Positions 9,464-22,710 of a stretch of 64,000 nucleotides of DNA are shown here, one piece after another. The stretch is from Deinococcus sp. (GTDB taxonomy: Bacteria; Deinococcota; Deinococci; Deinococcales; Deinococcaceae): assembly GCA_965261005.1 (NCBI GenBank), contig OZ253375.1, positions 1,760,001 through 1,824,000 of the forward strand, given 5' to 3'. Each line of letters begins with the position of its first letter. The first letter of the stretch is position 1. The notes below the pieces were generated by a model. It did no database searches. It saw only the letters and a program-made list of their open reading frames with translations, and was not told where the DNA came from. The translations under genes and the position numbers were made by a program.

Positions 9464-11052
9464 GAGGCCTCCGGCGGCAAGTTCACTTGAAAGACCGTCC
9501 ACTCCCCGCGCCGCAGCACCCGCACCGTTCCGCCCAGCGCCCCGACCCGCGCCCGCACGTTGGCCAGGCCGTGCCCGCGCCCCTCGCCCTTGCTCGAGAC
9601 GCCCCGCCCGAACAGGCGGGCGGCCAGGTCCGCTGGGAGGCCGGGGCCGCTGTCCTGCACCTCGATCTGAAGGCCGTCGGGGTCCTCGCCGATGCAGAGC
9701 CACACCTCGCCGCCCCGGCCCTCCAGCGCCTCGAAGGCGTTCTGAATCAGGTTGCCCAGAATGGTGACCAAAGCGCCCGCGTGCCGCTCCCAGCGCGGCG
9801 AGAGGTTGGACCCCGGCACCACGCCGAAGGTGACGCCGAGTTCCTGCGCCCGCTCGCGCTGGCCGAACAGCAGGGCGGCCACGCGCGGCACCTGCAATTC
9901 GCGGGTCAACTCGCGAAAGGCGGCGTCGGCCCCGATCTGTTCCCGGAGCAGCTCGCGCGCCTCATCGAAGTGGCCGAGGTGCAGCAGCCCCGAGATGACG
10001 TGCAGGTGGTTGGCGTACTCGTGACCCTGGGCGCGCAGCACGTCCACCAGCGAGCGCACCTGGGTCAGCTCCTCGGCCAGGCGCAGCGCCTCGCCGCGCT
10101 CGCGGAAGGTGAGCACCTGGCCGCCCCCCGGCAGCGGCTCGGTGTTGACCAGCACGCTGAGCGCGCCCAGCGACAGCTCCAGGTTGTGCCGCCGCGCCGG
10201 ACGCAGCTCGGCGGCGTCCGGCCAGACTTGAGAAAGTGGCGGGCGGCGGCCCGCCAGGCCCAGCGCCGCGTCCGCCCGGGCGCTCGCCAGCGTGATCTCG
10301 CCGCCCGGCCCCAGCGCCAGCACGCCCTCGCCCAGCGCCGACAGCACCGCCTGATGCTCCTGCACCAGGGCGGCGATCTGCTCGGGTTCCAGCCCCAGAA
10401 TCTCGCGCCGCAGGCGCCGGGCGATCAGGACCGCGCCCAGCGACCCGAGGGCCAGTGCCAGCACGAACCACGGTAACAGTTCCAATAGCGCCTGCCGGGC
10501 CAGCGCCCGCACCTGCGGCATCAGAAAGCCGGTGGACACCACGCCGACCACCGCCCCGCCGAAGAGAATCGGCACCTTGCCGCGCACCGCCAACCCCAGC
10601 GACCCGCGCGCCACGCTGATGATCTCGCGCCCGGCCAGCGGCCCAACGTTGTCTCCCCCTTCCATCGGTAGGCCCAAACGGTCGGGCCGGGGATGGGCCA
10701 GCCGGACGCCGCGCACGTCCCCGACCACGATGTAGTCGGCGCCCACCTGCGCCCTGAGCCGGTTGACAAAGGCGTTGAGCGCCGGGTCCGGCTCCCCGCG
10801 CTGCGCCGCCAGAATAACGGCGGGAAACTGGGCCACCAGGCGCGAGGCCGTCAGCGCCCGCTCACCCAGCTCGGCGCGGGCCTGGCGCGAAAGGTGGTTC
10901 ACCTCGATCCCGGTCAGCAAGGCCGTCACGACGCACAGGATCAGGACGTGCAGCGCCACCAGCCGCCCGCCGATGCCCAGCCGCGCCAGCGGCCAGCCCC
11001 AGCGCCGGGGCGGAACCGGATGGGGTCGGGAGAAAAATGGCGTCGTGGACAT
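9460..11052 (-). CDS. CitA/DcuS-family sensor histidine kinase
   Basis: Two TMs flanking an sCache domain; [13 protein letters not shown]-box; GNLIQNA, DSGPG, GHGL. Confidence 0.92.
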   Translation of the reverse strand: MSTTPFFSRPHPVPPRRWGWPLARLGIGGRLVALHVLILCVVTALLTGIEVNHLSRQARAELGERALTASRLVAQFPAVILAAQRGEPDPALNAFVNRLRAQVGADYIVVGDVRGVRLAHPRPDRLGLPMEGGDNVGPLAGREIISVARGSLGLAVRGKVPILFGGAVVGVVSTGFLMPQVRALARQALLELLPWFVLALALGSLGAVLIARRLRREILGLEPEQIAALVQEHQAVLSALGEGVLALGPGGEITLASARADAALGLAGRRPPLSQVWPDAAELRPARRHNLELSLGALSVLVNTEPLPGGGQVLTFRERGEALRLAEELTQVRSLVDVLRAQGHEYANHLHVISGLLHLGHFDEARELLREQIGADAAFRELTRELQVPRVAALLFGQRERAQELGVTFGVVPGSNLSPRWERHAGALVTILGNLIQNAFEALEGRGGEVWLCIGEDPDGLQIEVQDSGPGLPADLAARLFGRGVSSKGEGRGHGLANVRARVGALGGTVRVLRRGEWTVFQVNLPPEAS

Positions 11053-11262
11053 GCGTTCACCTGCGTTTAGAAGGTTTCGGGCAGTCTAAGGCAAAAGGGC
11101 CTTTCGTGCATTCCGTTCATTGAGTGCAGGTGTGTCTGAACAGAATGCCGCGCTGGGCGCACAAAAAACCTTGCGCCCTTTTCGCTTTTGCTCTAGGCTG
11201 CCAGGACGCACAACTTCAAACGCAGCGCGAACGCTTTCCGCGAGCGTTCCCCAGGAGGCTTC

Positions 11263-12237
<975 letters not shown>

Positions 12238-12249
12238 GGCTGAAGATAG

Positions 12250-12284
12250 GGCGGGACGGCGTGAGGGGAGCCGTCCCGCCTTTC
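12250..12284 (+). terminator. Intercistronic hairpin after tctC (partial terminator/mRNA stabiliser)
   Basis: GGCGGGACGGC / GCCGTCCCGCC 11-bp stem followed by TTT. Confidence 0.7.
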
Positions 12285-12337
12285 GGTGTTTCCCCTTATC
12301 CGTAGCCTTTGGATTCATAGCCTTTGGAGGCCCAGCC

Positions 12338-12858
12338 ATGACCGAGCAAGTCCCGCCCCACGCCCCCACAACCCGCAGACGCGGCGTCAGCTGGCCCGAT
12401 GTGCTGGTGGCCCTCGGTTTGACTTTGCTGGGCGCGCTGCTCTTGTTCGGCACGCGGCGCATCGCCGACTCGGGCATGAACACCGTCGTCGGGCCGCGCG
12501 TCTTTCCGCTGATCGTCAGCTTGGGCCTGAGCGCGCTGGGCGTCATTTTACTGGTGGGCGCGTTGCGCGGCGAGCGGGCCGAACCCGCCCCCGAGGAGGA
12601 CGCCGACCCCGGCGCCCCGGTCAATCTGGGCGCGGGGGCCATTATCCTGGGCGGCTTTCTGATCGGGGCGCTGCTGCTCTCGCCGCTGGGCTTCGTCGTC
12701 GGCACGGCGACCATGTACTTCAGCGTGGCCCTCGCCTTCGGTGAGCGCCGCTTCGCGCTGATGACCCTGGTGTCGCTGCTCGTGGCCCTCGTCACCTACG
12801 TGGTGTTCACGCGCGGGCTGGGGTTAACGTTGCCGCCCGGCATTTTGAAGGGCCTGCT

Positions 12859-12862
<4 letters not shown>
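12338..12862 (+). CDS. tctB: TTT small membrane subunit
   Basis: GPRVFP, C-terminal GLTLPPG; position between tctC and tctA. Confidence 0.9.
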
Positions 12863-14355
<1,493 letters not shown>

Positions 14356-14414
14356 ACAGAAGCTAAGCCAACCGGCCGATGCGTCCAGCCTTTCCGGTGG
14401 GATAGCCTGATGAG

Positions 14415-16202
14415 ATGTCGCCTGCTCCCTCCTCCCCTCCAAGCAATGGACAAACAGCGCTGGGCGTGCTGTCCCGCTACCTGGGGCCGCTCAAGTTCAA
14501 GGTGGCGCTGCTGGCCGCTTTGCTGCTGGGCAGCATCGGCCTGAACTTGTACCTGCCGCGCCTGATCGCCAGCTTTCTCGACCAGGCCCAGGCGGGTGGG
14601 GCGCTGGGCGGCCTGATCCGCCTCGCCCTCAGCTACATCGGCATCGCCGTGGCGGTGCAACTGCTGTCGGCCGGGGCCACCTACGTCGGCGCGGACGTGG
14701 GCTGGGCGGCCACCAATAAGTTGCGCGCCGACCTCGCCCGCCATTTGCTGGGCCTCGACATGAGCTTTCACAAGGAGCGCACCCCCGGCGAGCTGATCGA
14801 GCGCTTAGACGGCGACGTGACGGCCCTGAGCAACTTCTTCTCGCAGTTCGCGGTGCGGGTCTTCGGGGCGGCCTTGCTGCTGCTGGGCGCCCTGGTGATG
14901 CTCTTTCTGGAGGTGTGGTGGGTGGGGCTGATGGTGACCGGCTTCGCGGCCGTGACCCTCTTTGCCATGAACCGGGTGCGCCGGGTGGGCGTCGGGCCGA
15001 CCCAGCTGGAGCGCGGGGCCAGCGCCAACCTGTTCGGCTTTATCGAGGAGCGGCTGACCGGCTTAGAGGACGTGCGCTCGCTGGGGAGCGGCCCCTACAC
15101 CTTGAATCGCTTCCTGGGGGTGCAGCGCGGCTTCTTCTGGAAGGCCTACCAAGCCTGGATGGCGCGCAGCAGCGTGTGGAAGCTGAGCATGCTGCTGTTC
15201 GCGCTGGGCTACGTGGCGGTCGTGTCCTCCGGGGTGGGGCTGTACCTGGCCGGGACCATCACCCTCGGCACCGTGTTTCTCTTTTACAACTACATGAGCT
15301 CGGTCGAGGAGCCGATCGACCAGCTCACCCAGCAGCTTCAGGATTTGCAAAAGGCCGGGGCCAGCTTGGTGCGGGTCGGGGAGCTGCTCAATTTGAGCAG
15401 CGGCCTTGAGGTGGGCCACGCTCAGCTGCCGGGGGGGCCGCTCAGCGTTGACTTCGAGAACGTCTCCTTTCGCTACGAGGGGGACGGGGGACAGACCGTG
15501 CTGAATGATGTCAGCTTTCAGCTTCCGGCCGGGCGGACGCTGGGCCTGCTGGGCCGCACCGGCAGCGGCAAGACCACGCTGATCCGCTTGCTCTCGCGCC
15601 TCTACGACCCCAGCGCCGGGGCGATCAAGCTGAACGGCCAGCCCACCACCGACCTCGACCTCGCCTCGCTCAGAGGCCGCGTGGCCGTCGTCACCCAGGA
15701 CGTGCAGCTGTTCCAGGCCAGCGTGCGCGACAACCTGACCTTATTTGACCGGGAGATTCCCGGCGCGCGGGTGGCGGCGGCGCTGGCGGAGGTGGGCCTG
15801 GACGGCTGGCTGGCGGGCTTGCCGGAGGGGCTGGACACGCCGCTGCTGGCGAACAGCTTGTCGGCCGGGGAGGCGCAGCTGCTCGCCTTTGCGCGGGTCA
15901 TGTTGCGCGACCCCGGCCTGATCATCCTCGACGAACCCAGCTCGCGCCTCGACCCCGCCACCGAGGCCCGCCTGACCGAGGCCACCCGCCGGCTGCTGAG
16001 CGGCCGGACGGCCATCGTGATCGCGCACCGTTTGGAGACCGTTGCCCGCGCCGACGCCATTTTGGTGCTGGGCGGGGGCGAGGTGCTGGAATATGGCCCC
16101 CGCGCCGAGCTGGCGCAGGACCCCCGCAGCCGCTACGCGCAGCTGCTGCGCGCCGGCGGGGCCGGGCGGCGGGAAGCCGACTTGGACGAGGTGCTGGCGT
16201 GA
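14415..16202 (+). CDS. ABC exporter half-transporter (TMD-NBD), subunit A
   Basis: TMD plus [23 protein letters not shown]. Confidence 0.93.
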   Translation: MSPAPSSPPSNGQTALGVLSRYLGPLKFKVALLAALLLGSIGLNLYLPRLIASFLDQAQAGGALGGLIRLALSYIGIAVAVQLLSAGATYVGADVGWAATNKLRADLARHLLGLDMSFHKERTPGELIERLDGDVTALSNFFSQFAVRVFGAALLLLGALVMLFLEVWWVGLMVTGFAAVTLFAMNRVRRVGVGPTQLERGASANLFGFIEERLTGLEDVRSLGSGPYTLNRFLGVQRGFFWKAYQAWMARSSVWKLSMLLFALGYVAVVSSGVGLYLAGTITLGTVFLFYNYMSSVEEPIDQLTQQLQDLQKAGASLVRVGELLNLSSGLEVGHAQLPGGPLSVDFENVSFRYEGDGGQTVLNDVSFQLPAGRTLGLLGRTGSGKTTLIRLLSRLYDPSAGAIKLNGQPTTDLDLASLRGRVAVVTQDVQLFQASVRDNLTLFDREIPGARVAAALAEVGLDGWLAGLPEGLDTPLLANSLSAGEAQLLAFARVMLRDPGLIILDEPSSRLDPATEARLTEATRRLLSGRTAIVIAHRLETVARADAILVLGGGEVLEYGPRAELAQDPRSRYAQLLRAGGAGRREADLDEVLA

Positions 16203-18019
16203 GCGCTCCCGGCCAGTTCATCCCGGCCCTGACCACCATGGCGCTGATGCGGCGGCTGTTCGCTTACCAACCGGGCCTCTTTCTGATGAACGTGCTGCTG
16301 TGGGGCGCCTTTCACACCCTGCCGGCGCTGTTCAGCTACAGCATCGGCAAGGTCTTCGACGCCCTGGGCAAGTTCGATAAGGCTGGATTCGGTGAGGTCG
16401 GGGCGGCGGGCGCCAGCTTGAGCGCGGTGTGGCTGTTCGTGGGACTGTTCGCCGTGGGGCGGCTGGCGCGCTACGGGGTCTTTTTGTGGGCCTTTCGGCT
16501 GTTCATCCGCGTTTGGTACACCCTGGACGCCTTGGTGCGGCGCAATCTGCTGGGCTACCTGCTGACGGCCAGGGGGGCGCGCCGCCTGCCCGACACGCCC
16601 GCCGAGGCCATCAGCCGCTTTCGCGACGACGTGGAGGACGTGGCCGGCTACACCGAGGTCTGGATTGACGCGGCCGGCTTTCTGCTGTATTCCATCGTCG
16701 CCATCACCTTGATGTGGCGGGTGGACCCCCTGATCACGGTCGTGGTCGTGACGCCGCTCTTGCTGGTGGTGCTGCTGGTGCAGCGCCTCTCGCCGCGCAT
16801 CCGGACGTACCGCCGCCGCATGCGCGAGGCGACCGCCCGCGTGACCGACTTCGTGGGCGAGACCTTTGCGGCCGTGGGCGCCGTGAAGCTGGCCGGCCGC
16901 GAACAGAACATGGTCTCGCACCTCGCCGACCTCGGCGAGACCCGCAAGCGCGCCGCCCTGCGCGACGTGCTGTTGACCGAACTCATCAAGGGCGTCAACA
17001 GCAACATGATCGCCGTCGCCACCGGCTTGGTGCTGTTGCTGGGCGCCGCCCGCTTCCGGGGCGGGGTGCTCACGGTCGGCGACTTCGTGCTGTTCGTGGC
17101 GCTGCTGCCGCGCCTGACCGGCAGCATGGGCTTTTTCGGCGACATGATCGCCCGCCACCGCCGCACCGGCGTCTCCTTCGACCGCATGCGCCGCCTGTTG
17201 CAAGACGCGCCGACGGGACAGGTCGTGGCGCACGCGCCGCTGGCCCTGGAGGAAGGGGACGAGTTGCCCCCCCTGCCGGCCCCAGCCCCGCACGTCCCGC
17301 TGCGCGAGCTGACGGTCTCCGGCCTGACCGCCCTGCACCCCGGCGGCCGGGGCGTGCAAGACATCAGTTTGACGCTCGCGCGCGGCGAGTTCGTGGTCCT
17401 GACCGGGCGCATCGGCAGCGGCAAGACGACCTTGGTGCGCGCCTTGCTGGGCCTGATCCCGGCCGAGGCGGGCGAGTGGCGCTGGAACGGCGAGCGGATC
17501 GAAGACCCCGCCAGCTTCTTCGTTCCGCCGCACAGCGCCTTTACGGCGCAATTGCCGCAGCTGTTTAGCGACAGCCTGCGCGAAAACGTCCTGCTGGGCG
17601 CGGACGAGAGGCGGCTGGACCGCGCGCTGAAGCTTGCCGTGCTGGAACCCGACCTGGCGCAGCTGGAGCGCGGCCTGGAGACGCCGGTGGGAGCGCGCGG
17701 GGTCAAGCTATCGGGCGGTCAGGTGCAGCGCGCCGCCGTCGCGCGCATGCTGGCGCGCGACGCCGACTTGCTGGTCTTTGACGACGTGTCGAGCGCCCTA
17801 GACGCCACCACCGAGGCCCAGCTGTGGACCGGCCTGTTGGGGGCGGGCGCCGGCGAACTCACCTGCTTGGTCGTCTCGCACCGCCGCGCGGCCCTCAGGC
17901 GCGCCGACCGCATTCTGCTGATGGTGGACGGCCAAATCGAGGACCAGGGCACGCTCGACGACTTGCTGACCCGCTCCGCCGAGATGCGCGCCCTGTGGAG
18001 CGATAAGACGCATACCTGA
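16199..18019 (+). CDS. ABC exporter half-transporter (TMD-NBD), subunit B
   Basis: TMD plus GRIGSGKT, LSGGQ, VFDDVSS; GTGA-coupled to subunit A. Confidence 0.93.
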   Translation: MSAPGQFIPALTTMALMRRLFAYQPGLFLMNVLLWGAFHTLPALFSYSIGKVFDALGKFDKAGFGEVGAAGASLSAVWLFVGLFAVGRLARYGVFLWAFRLFIRVWYTLDALVRRNLLGYLLTARGARRLPDTPAEAISRFRDDVEDVAGYTEVWIDAAGFLLYSIVAITLMWRVDPLITVVVVTPLLLVVLLVQRLSPRIRTYRRRMREATARVTDFVGETFAAVGAVKLAGREQNMVSHLADLGETRKRAALRDVLLTELIKGVNSNMIAVATGLVLLLGAARFRGGVLTVGDFVLFVALLPRLTGSMGFFGDMIARHRRTGVSFDRMRRLLQDAPTGQVVAHAPLALEEGDELPPLPAPAPHVPLRELTVSGLTALHPGGRGVQDISLTLARGEFVVLTGRIGSGKTTLVRALLGLIPAEAGEWRWNGERIEDPASFFVPPHSAFTAQLPQLFSDSLRENVLLGADERRLDRALKLAVLEPDLAQLERGLETPVGARGVKLSGGQVQRAAVARMLARDADLLVFDDVSSALDATTEAQLWTGLLGAGAGELTCLVVSHRRAALRRADRILLMVDGQIEDQGTLDDLLTRSAEMRALWSDKTHT

Positions 18020-18038
18020 GCAGCTGTTCAGGTATGCT
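18011..18038 (+). promoter_or_regulatory. ArsR/SmtB-type 12-2-12 operator overlapping the -10 (TATGCT)
   Basis: CATACCTGAGCA-GC-TGTTCAGGTATG inverted repeat; -10 lies 6 nt before ATG 18045. Confidence 0.82.
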
Positions 18039-18044
18039 GAAGGC

Positions 18045-20165
18045 ATGAGCCGCGCGACGGTCGTTCAGCAGCCGGGTCCCGTGTCCCTCGACTACTTTCT
18101 GGAGGGGATGGACTGCCCCAGCTGCGTGCGCAAGATCGAGGGCGCCCTGGAGCGTACCCCCGGCGCGGCCGGCGCCAAAACCAACCTCGCCACCCAGACG
18201 CTCAGCCTGACCCTCGACGAGTCCCGGACGCCCAGGGCCACCTTGGAAAGGAACTTGCGCGCCCTCGGCCACGAGCCGCGTCCGCTGGGCGGGCGGGATC
18301 GGGGGCAAGAGGTCAAGCCGTGGTACGCCGGCCGTCAAGGACGGCTGGTCCTCGGCAGCGGCGCCCTTTTGGCGCTCGCCTTTGGGTTCGGTTTGACCCT
18401 GCCGGCCTTGGCCCCGTGGGGCTACGCCGCCGCGACCCTGTTGGGCGCTTGGCCGCTGGCGCGCAAGGCCTGGGCCGCCGGCCGGGCGGGCGACCCCTTC
18501 AGCATCAACGCGCTGGTGACCCTCGCCGCCCTGGGCGCCCTGCTGATCGGACAAGCCGCCGAGGCCGCCGTGGTGGTGTTTTTGTTCGCGGTGGGCGAGC
18601 TGCTGGAGGGCGTCGCCACCACGCGCGCCCGGGGCGGCGTCCGGGCGCTGGCCGCCTTGGCGCCCAAGACGGCGCGGGCGCTCAGGGGGGAGCGGGTCTT
18701 CGAGCTGCCGGTGGAGGCGCTCAAGGTCGGCGACTTGGTGCGGGTGCAGCCCGGCGACCGCGTGCCCGCCGACGGCACCATTCTGGAGGGCGCCGCTCAC
18801 CTCGACGATTCCCCGGTCACCGGCGAGAGCGTCCCGGTTCACAAGACGGCCGGCGACCCCGTGTACGCGGGCAGCATCGCCGCCGACGGCGTGCTGACCG
18901 TGCGGGTGGAGCGCGAGGCGGGCGACAACACCATCGCGCGCGTCCTGCACCTGGTCGAGGAGGCGGGGGCGAACCGGGCGCCCATCTCGCGCTTCATCGA
19001 CCGCTTTTCGCGCGCCTACACGCCCATTGTGGTGGCCGCCGCCGCCCTGAGCGCGCTGCTGCCCCCGCTGTTCGGCGGAAGCCGGACCGAGTGGCTCTAC
19101 AAGGGGATCACCCTGCTGCTGATCGGCTGCCCCTGCGCCTTGGTCCTGAGCGTGCCGGCCGCCATCACCAGCGGCATCAGCGCGGGCGCGCGGCGCGGCC
19201 TCTTGATCAAGGGCGGGGCCGCGCTGGAGGCCATCGGCGCCGTGAAGACGGTCGCCTTCGACAAGACCGGCACCCTGACCGGAGGGCGTCCCCGCGTGAC
19301 CGAGGTCATCCCACTGCTGGGCGAAGAGGCGGACGTGCTGCGCCTGGCGGCGGCCTTGGAGGGCGGTTCGTCGCACCCGCTGGCCGGGGCCATCCTGGAG
19401 CGGGCGCGGGGGCTAACCTTGCCGGTTGTGTGAGGCGCGCGGGCCATCGCCGGCCAGGCGGTCACGGGCACGCTGGACGGCGAGCCGTACGCCGTCGGCT
19501 CGCCCCGCTACGCGGAAGAGCGGGTGGGACTCGCGCCAGAAGTGCAGGGCCAGATCGAGTCCTTGGAGGCGGAGGGCCACACGGTCGTCGTCCTGACGAA
19601 CAGCCTCGGCCCGCTCGGTTTGATCGCCCTGCGCGACGAGCCGCGCGAAGACGCCCGCGCGGCCGTGGCGGACTTGGGGCGGCTGGGCGTACAGAGCGTG
19701 ATGCTGACGGGGGACAACGCCCGCGCGGGGGCGGCCATCGGGGCGGCGCTCGGCCTCGGCGTGCGGGCCGGTTTGCTGCCGGAAGACAAGCTGCGCCTGA
19801 TCTCGGAGCTGCGGGCGCGCGGCGGGGTGGCGATGGTGGGGGACGGCATCAACGACGCCCCCGCCTTGGCGGCCAGCGACGTGGGCGTCGCGATGGGCGG
19901 CGGCACCGACGTGGCGCTGGAGACGGCCCACATCGCCCTGCTGCGGCCCGGCGTGGCGGGCATGGCGGACTTGGCGCGGCTGTCGCGCGCGACCATGGCG
20001 AACATCCGGCAAAACGTGGCCTTCGCCCTCGGCCTCAAGCTGATCTTTCTGGTGACGACCTTGCTGGGCGTCACGGGGCTGTGGCCCGCCGTCCTGTCCG
20101 ACACCGGCGCCACGGTGCTGGTCACCGCCAACGCCCTGCGCCTGCTGCGCTTCGGGAAGGGCTGA
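18045..20165 (+). pseudogene. Heavy-metal (Zn/Cd/Pb) P1B-type ATPase interrupted by an in-frame TGA
   Basis: MDCPSC HMA, TGES, CPC, DKTGT, HP; TGA at 19431-19433, same frame continues to TGD and GDGINDAP. Confidence 0.88.
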
Positions 20166-20171
20166 GCCTGC

Positions 20172-20999
20172 GTGGCCCACTCCCATTCCCACGCGCCCGC
20201 CGACTACGGCCGCGCCTTTGCCGTCGGCGTCGCCCTCAATCTGGGCTTCGTGGTCGTGGAGCTGATCTACGGCTTCCTGTCCGACTCGCTGGCCCTGATC
20301 GCCGACGCCGGCCACAACGCCAGCGACGTGCTGGGGTTGCTGATCGCGTGGGCCGCCTTCGCGCTCTCCAAGCGGCGGCCGAGCGCGCGCTACACCTACG
20401 GATTGCGGCGGTCGAGCATTCTCGCCTCGCTGACCAACGCGGCGCTGCTGCTCGTGGCGGTGGGCATCGCCGTCAACGCGCTCACGGCCGCCCTGTTCGC
20501 CCCCGGGAGGGGGCGCGACCTCAACGTGCGCGGCGCCTTTCAGCACATGGCGGCCGACGCGCTGGTCTCCCTCGGCGTGGTGATCGCCAGCGCGCTGATC
20601 CTGCTGACGGGCTGGGCCTGGCTCGACCCCGCGATCAGTTTGCTGGTGGGCGTCGTGATCCTGGCCAGCACCTGGGGCTTACTGCGTGACAGCCTCAACC
20701 TGGCCCTCGACGCCGTGCCGGCGGGCGTGGACTTGGGGCGGGTGCGCGGCTACCTGGAAGCGCTGCCCGGCGTGAGCGGCGTGCACGATCTGCACGTCTG
20801 GGCCATCAGCACCACCGAGACCGCCCTGACCGCCCACCTGGTCATGCCGGGGGGAGTGCCGGACAGCGCCTTTTACGGGCGCGTGCAGGGCGAGCTGCAC
20901 CACCAGTTCGAGATCGTCCACGCCACCCTGCAAGTCGAGCAGATGCAAGTCGAGCGGGGCGAACACGCCTGCGACCTCGCCGGGGATGAGGTCGTATGA
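20172..20999 (+). CDS. Cation diffusion facilitator (CzcD/ZitB-like) with apparent in-frame internal deletion
   Basis: His-rich N-terminus, DAGHNASD, HMAAD, HDLHVW; TM3-TM4 region abnormally short. Confidence 0.85.
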   Translation: MAHSHSHAPADYGRAFAVGVALNLGFVVVELIYGFLSDSLALIADAGHNASDVLGLLIAWAAFALSKRRPSARYTYGLRRSSILASLTNAALLLVAVGIAVNALTAALFAPGRGRDLNVRGAFQHMAADALVSLGVVIASALILLTGWAWLDPAISLLVGVVILASTWGLLRDSLNLALDAVPAGVDLGRVRGYLEALPGVSGVHDLHVWAISTTETALTAHLVMPGGVPDSAFYGRVQGELHHQFEIVHATLQVEQMQVERGEHACDLAGDEVV

Positions 21000-21364
21000 C
21001 ACAGCTGACTTCGGAGCACGACACCTGCGAGGGCAGCTGCTTTCACCCTGAGGCGGTGGCGCGGGCGAGAGCGGCCGTCCCAAATGACGTCTGCGTGCAG
21101 GAAGCGAGCGCCCTTCTCAAGGCGGTGGCCGACCCCACCCGGCTGCGCCTGCTGTCGGCCCTGTCCGCCGAGGAACTGTGCGTCCACGACCTCGCCTCGG
21201 TGGCCGGGATCAGCCCGTCGGCGGCCAGCCACCAACTGCGCCTGCTGCGCGCCCACCGCTTGGTGGCGCAGCGCAAGGTCGGCCGCACGGTGTATTACCG
21301 CCTGGCCGACCAGCACGTCACCCTGCTGATCGGCAGCGCCGTGGAGCACGCGCGCGAGCGCTGA
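20996..21364 (+). CDS. ArsR/SmtB metal-sensing repressor
   Basis: ADPTRLRLL, ELCVHD, SHQLRLL, DQHV...EHARE alpha5 site; N-terminal Cys/His arm. Confidence 0.93.
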   Translation: MTQLTSEHDTCEGSCFHPEAVARARAAVPNDVCVQEASALLKAVADPTRLRLLSALSAEELCVHDLASVAGISPSAASHQLRLLRAHRLVAQRKVGRTVYYRLADQHVTLLIGSAVEHARER

Positions 21365-21496
21365 ATTTGGCGCCACGGCGTTGCCGCCGTATCCAGAGCT
21401 GATATTCTCCCCTGCGTTCGGCGGATCATGTGGCGAGTGTGGCGAACATCGCCGCCCCAGTAAAACGTTGCACGAGGAAGTGTCAAGAGGAACTGT

Positions 21497-21781
21497 ATGG
21501 ACACCGAAGCCCTCCAAGCCATCGCCCAAGATCACCGCGTTCGGCGGCTCGATCTATTCGGCAGCGCCGCTCGGGGTAAGGCGGCGCCGCACGACTACGA
21601 CTTTCTGGTCGAGTTTGAGCCGATGCCGCCGCTGGAGCATGGGCGCCACTACTTTGCGCTGCTTGAAGACCTTCAGCAAGTCCTGAACGCCCCGGTAGAC
21701 CTGATCGAAACCGAGGCCGTACGGAATCCTTATTTTTTACAAGAAGTAGAGCGTGAGCGCGTTTTGATCTATGCCGTTTGA
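21497..21781 (+). CDS. MNT (minimal nucleotidyltransferase) antitoxin
   Basis: LFGSAARG..DYDFLV, VDL motifs. Confidence 0.9.
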   Translation: MDTEALQAIAQDHRVRRLDLFGSAARGKAAPHDYDFLVEFEPMPPLEHGRHYFALLEDLQQVLNAPVDLIETEAVRNPYFLQEVERERVLIYAV

Positions 21782-22115
21782 TTCCCACATGTACGTCCAC
21801 GACATTCTGACGGCTTGTCTGCTGATCGAGGGCTTCACAGCAGGCTTGTCTTATGAGACATACGCTTCAGATGCGCTCCGCGTTTCTGCCGTCGAGCGGC
21901 AGCTGAGCATCATCGGTGAAGCGGTGTCGCAGCTCATCAGGCAAGGGTCAGAGGTGCCAATTTCGGGCGCGCGGCGCATCGTCGGCTTCAGAAACATTCT
22001 GATTCATAATTACGCCCGGGTCAGTCAGGCCGTCGTGTGGACCATTGTGCAACAAGACTTGCCGGTCTTGAAAGCCGAGGCGGCGCGGTGGCTTGAACGA
22101 CAGGAAAAGCCATGA
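21771..22115 (+). CDS. HepT-like HEPN RNase toxin (DUF86)
   Basis: AVERQLSIIGEA; RNILIHNY (RX4HXY). Confidence 0.9.
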   Translation: MPFDSHMYVHDILTACLLIEGFTAGLSYETYASDALRVSAVERQLSIIGEAVSQLIRQGSEVPISGARRIVGFRNILIHNYARVSQAVVWTIVQQDLPVLKAEAARWLERQEKP

Positions 22116-22125
22116 ACCCTCGGCT

Positions 22126-22710
22126 TCAGGCCTTCGGAAGCCAGCCCGGCCGTCCCCGCTCAAAGGCCGCGATCTGCTCTTGCCGCGTCAGGGTCAGGCC
22201 GATGTCGTCGAGGCCCTCCAGCAAGCGCCATTGCGTGAAGTCGTCGAGGGGAAAGGGGAGGTCGAGACCGCCGCCGGAAAAGCGGCGCCCCGCCACGTCA
22301 ACGCTGAGCACCGTTTCCGGCTCGCTGGCCACCAGGGCCAGCAACGCCTCCACCGCCCCCGCCGGCAACTCGACCGTCAACAGCCCGATCTTGGCGCAGT
22401 TGTTTTTAAAGATGTCGGCAAAGGAGGGGGCGACCACCGCCCCAAAGCCGTAGTCCTGAATGGCCCAGGGGGCGTGCTCGCGGCTGGAGCCGCAGCCGAA
22501 GTTGGCCCCGGCGATCAGAATTACCGCGCCCGCGAACTCCCTTTTGTTCAGCACGAACCCCGGGTCCTCGCGCCACTCGCCAAACAGGTAGCGCCCGAAG
22601 CCGCTGCGGCCGATGTGCTTGAGGGCCTCGCTGGGCACGATCTGGTCGGTGTCCACGTCGGCGCGCGGCAACGGCATGGCGCGGCCCACCACCTGCCGGA
22701 CCGGCTTCAC
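22126..22710 (-). CDS. leuD: 3-isopropylmalate dehydratase-like small subunit
   Basis: [30 protein letters not shown] 22710 overlaps the leuC stop. Confidence 0.92.
   Translation of the reverse strand: MKPVRQVVGRAMPLPRADVDTDQIVPSEALKHIGRSGFGRYLFGEWREDPGFVLNKREFAGAVILIAGANFGCGSSREHAPWAIQDYGFGAVVAPSFADIFKNNCAKIGLLTVELPAGAVEALLALVASEPETVLSVDVAGRRFSGGGLDLPFPLDDFTQWRLLEGLDDIGLTLTRQEQIAAFERGRPGWLPKA

Noticed and set aside
11100..11135. GTGCATT/GTTCATT/GTGCA 9-nt periodic motif as CitB-type binding sites
   Set aside because: Plausible location but too short and degenerate to support
19431..19433. TGA recoding (Sec/Trp/Gly) suggested by in-frame TGAs here and at 7672
   Set aside because: Many intact genes end in TGA with ATGA/GTGA overlaps, the ATPase position is not a known Cys site, and both loci show other decay
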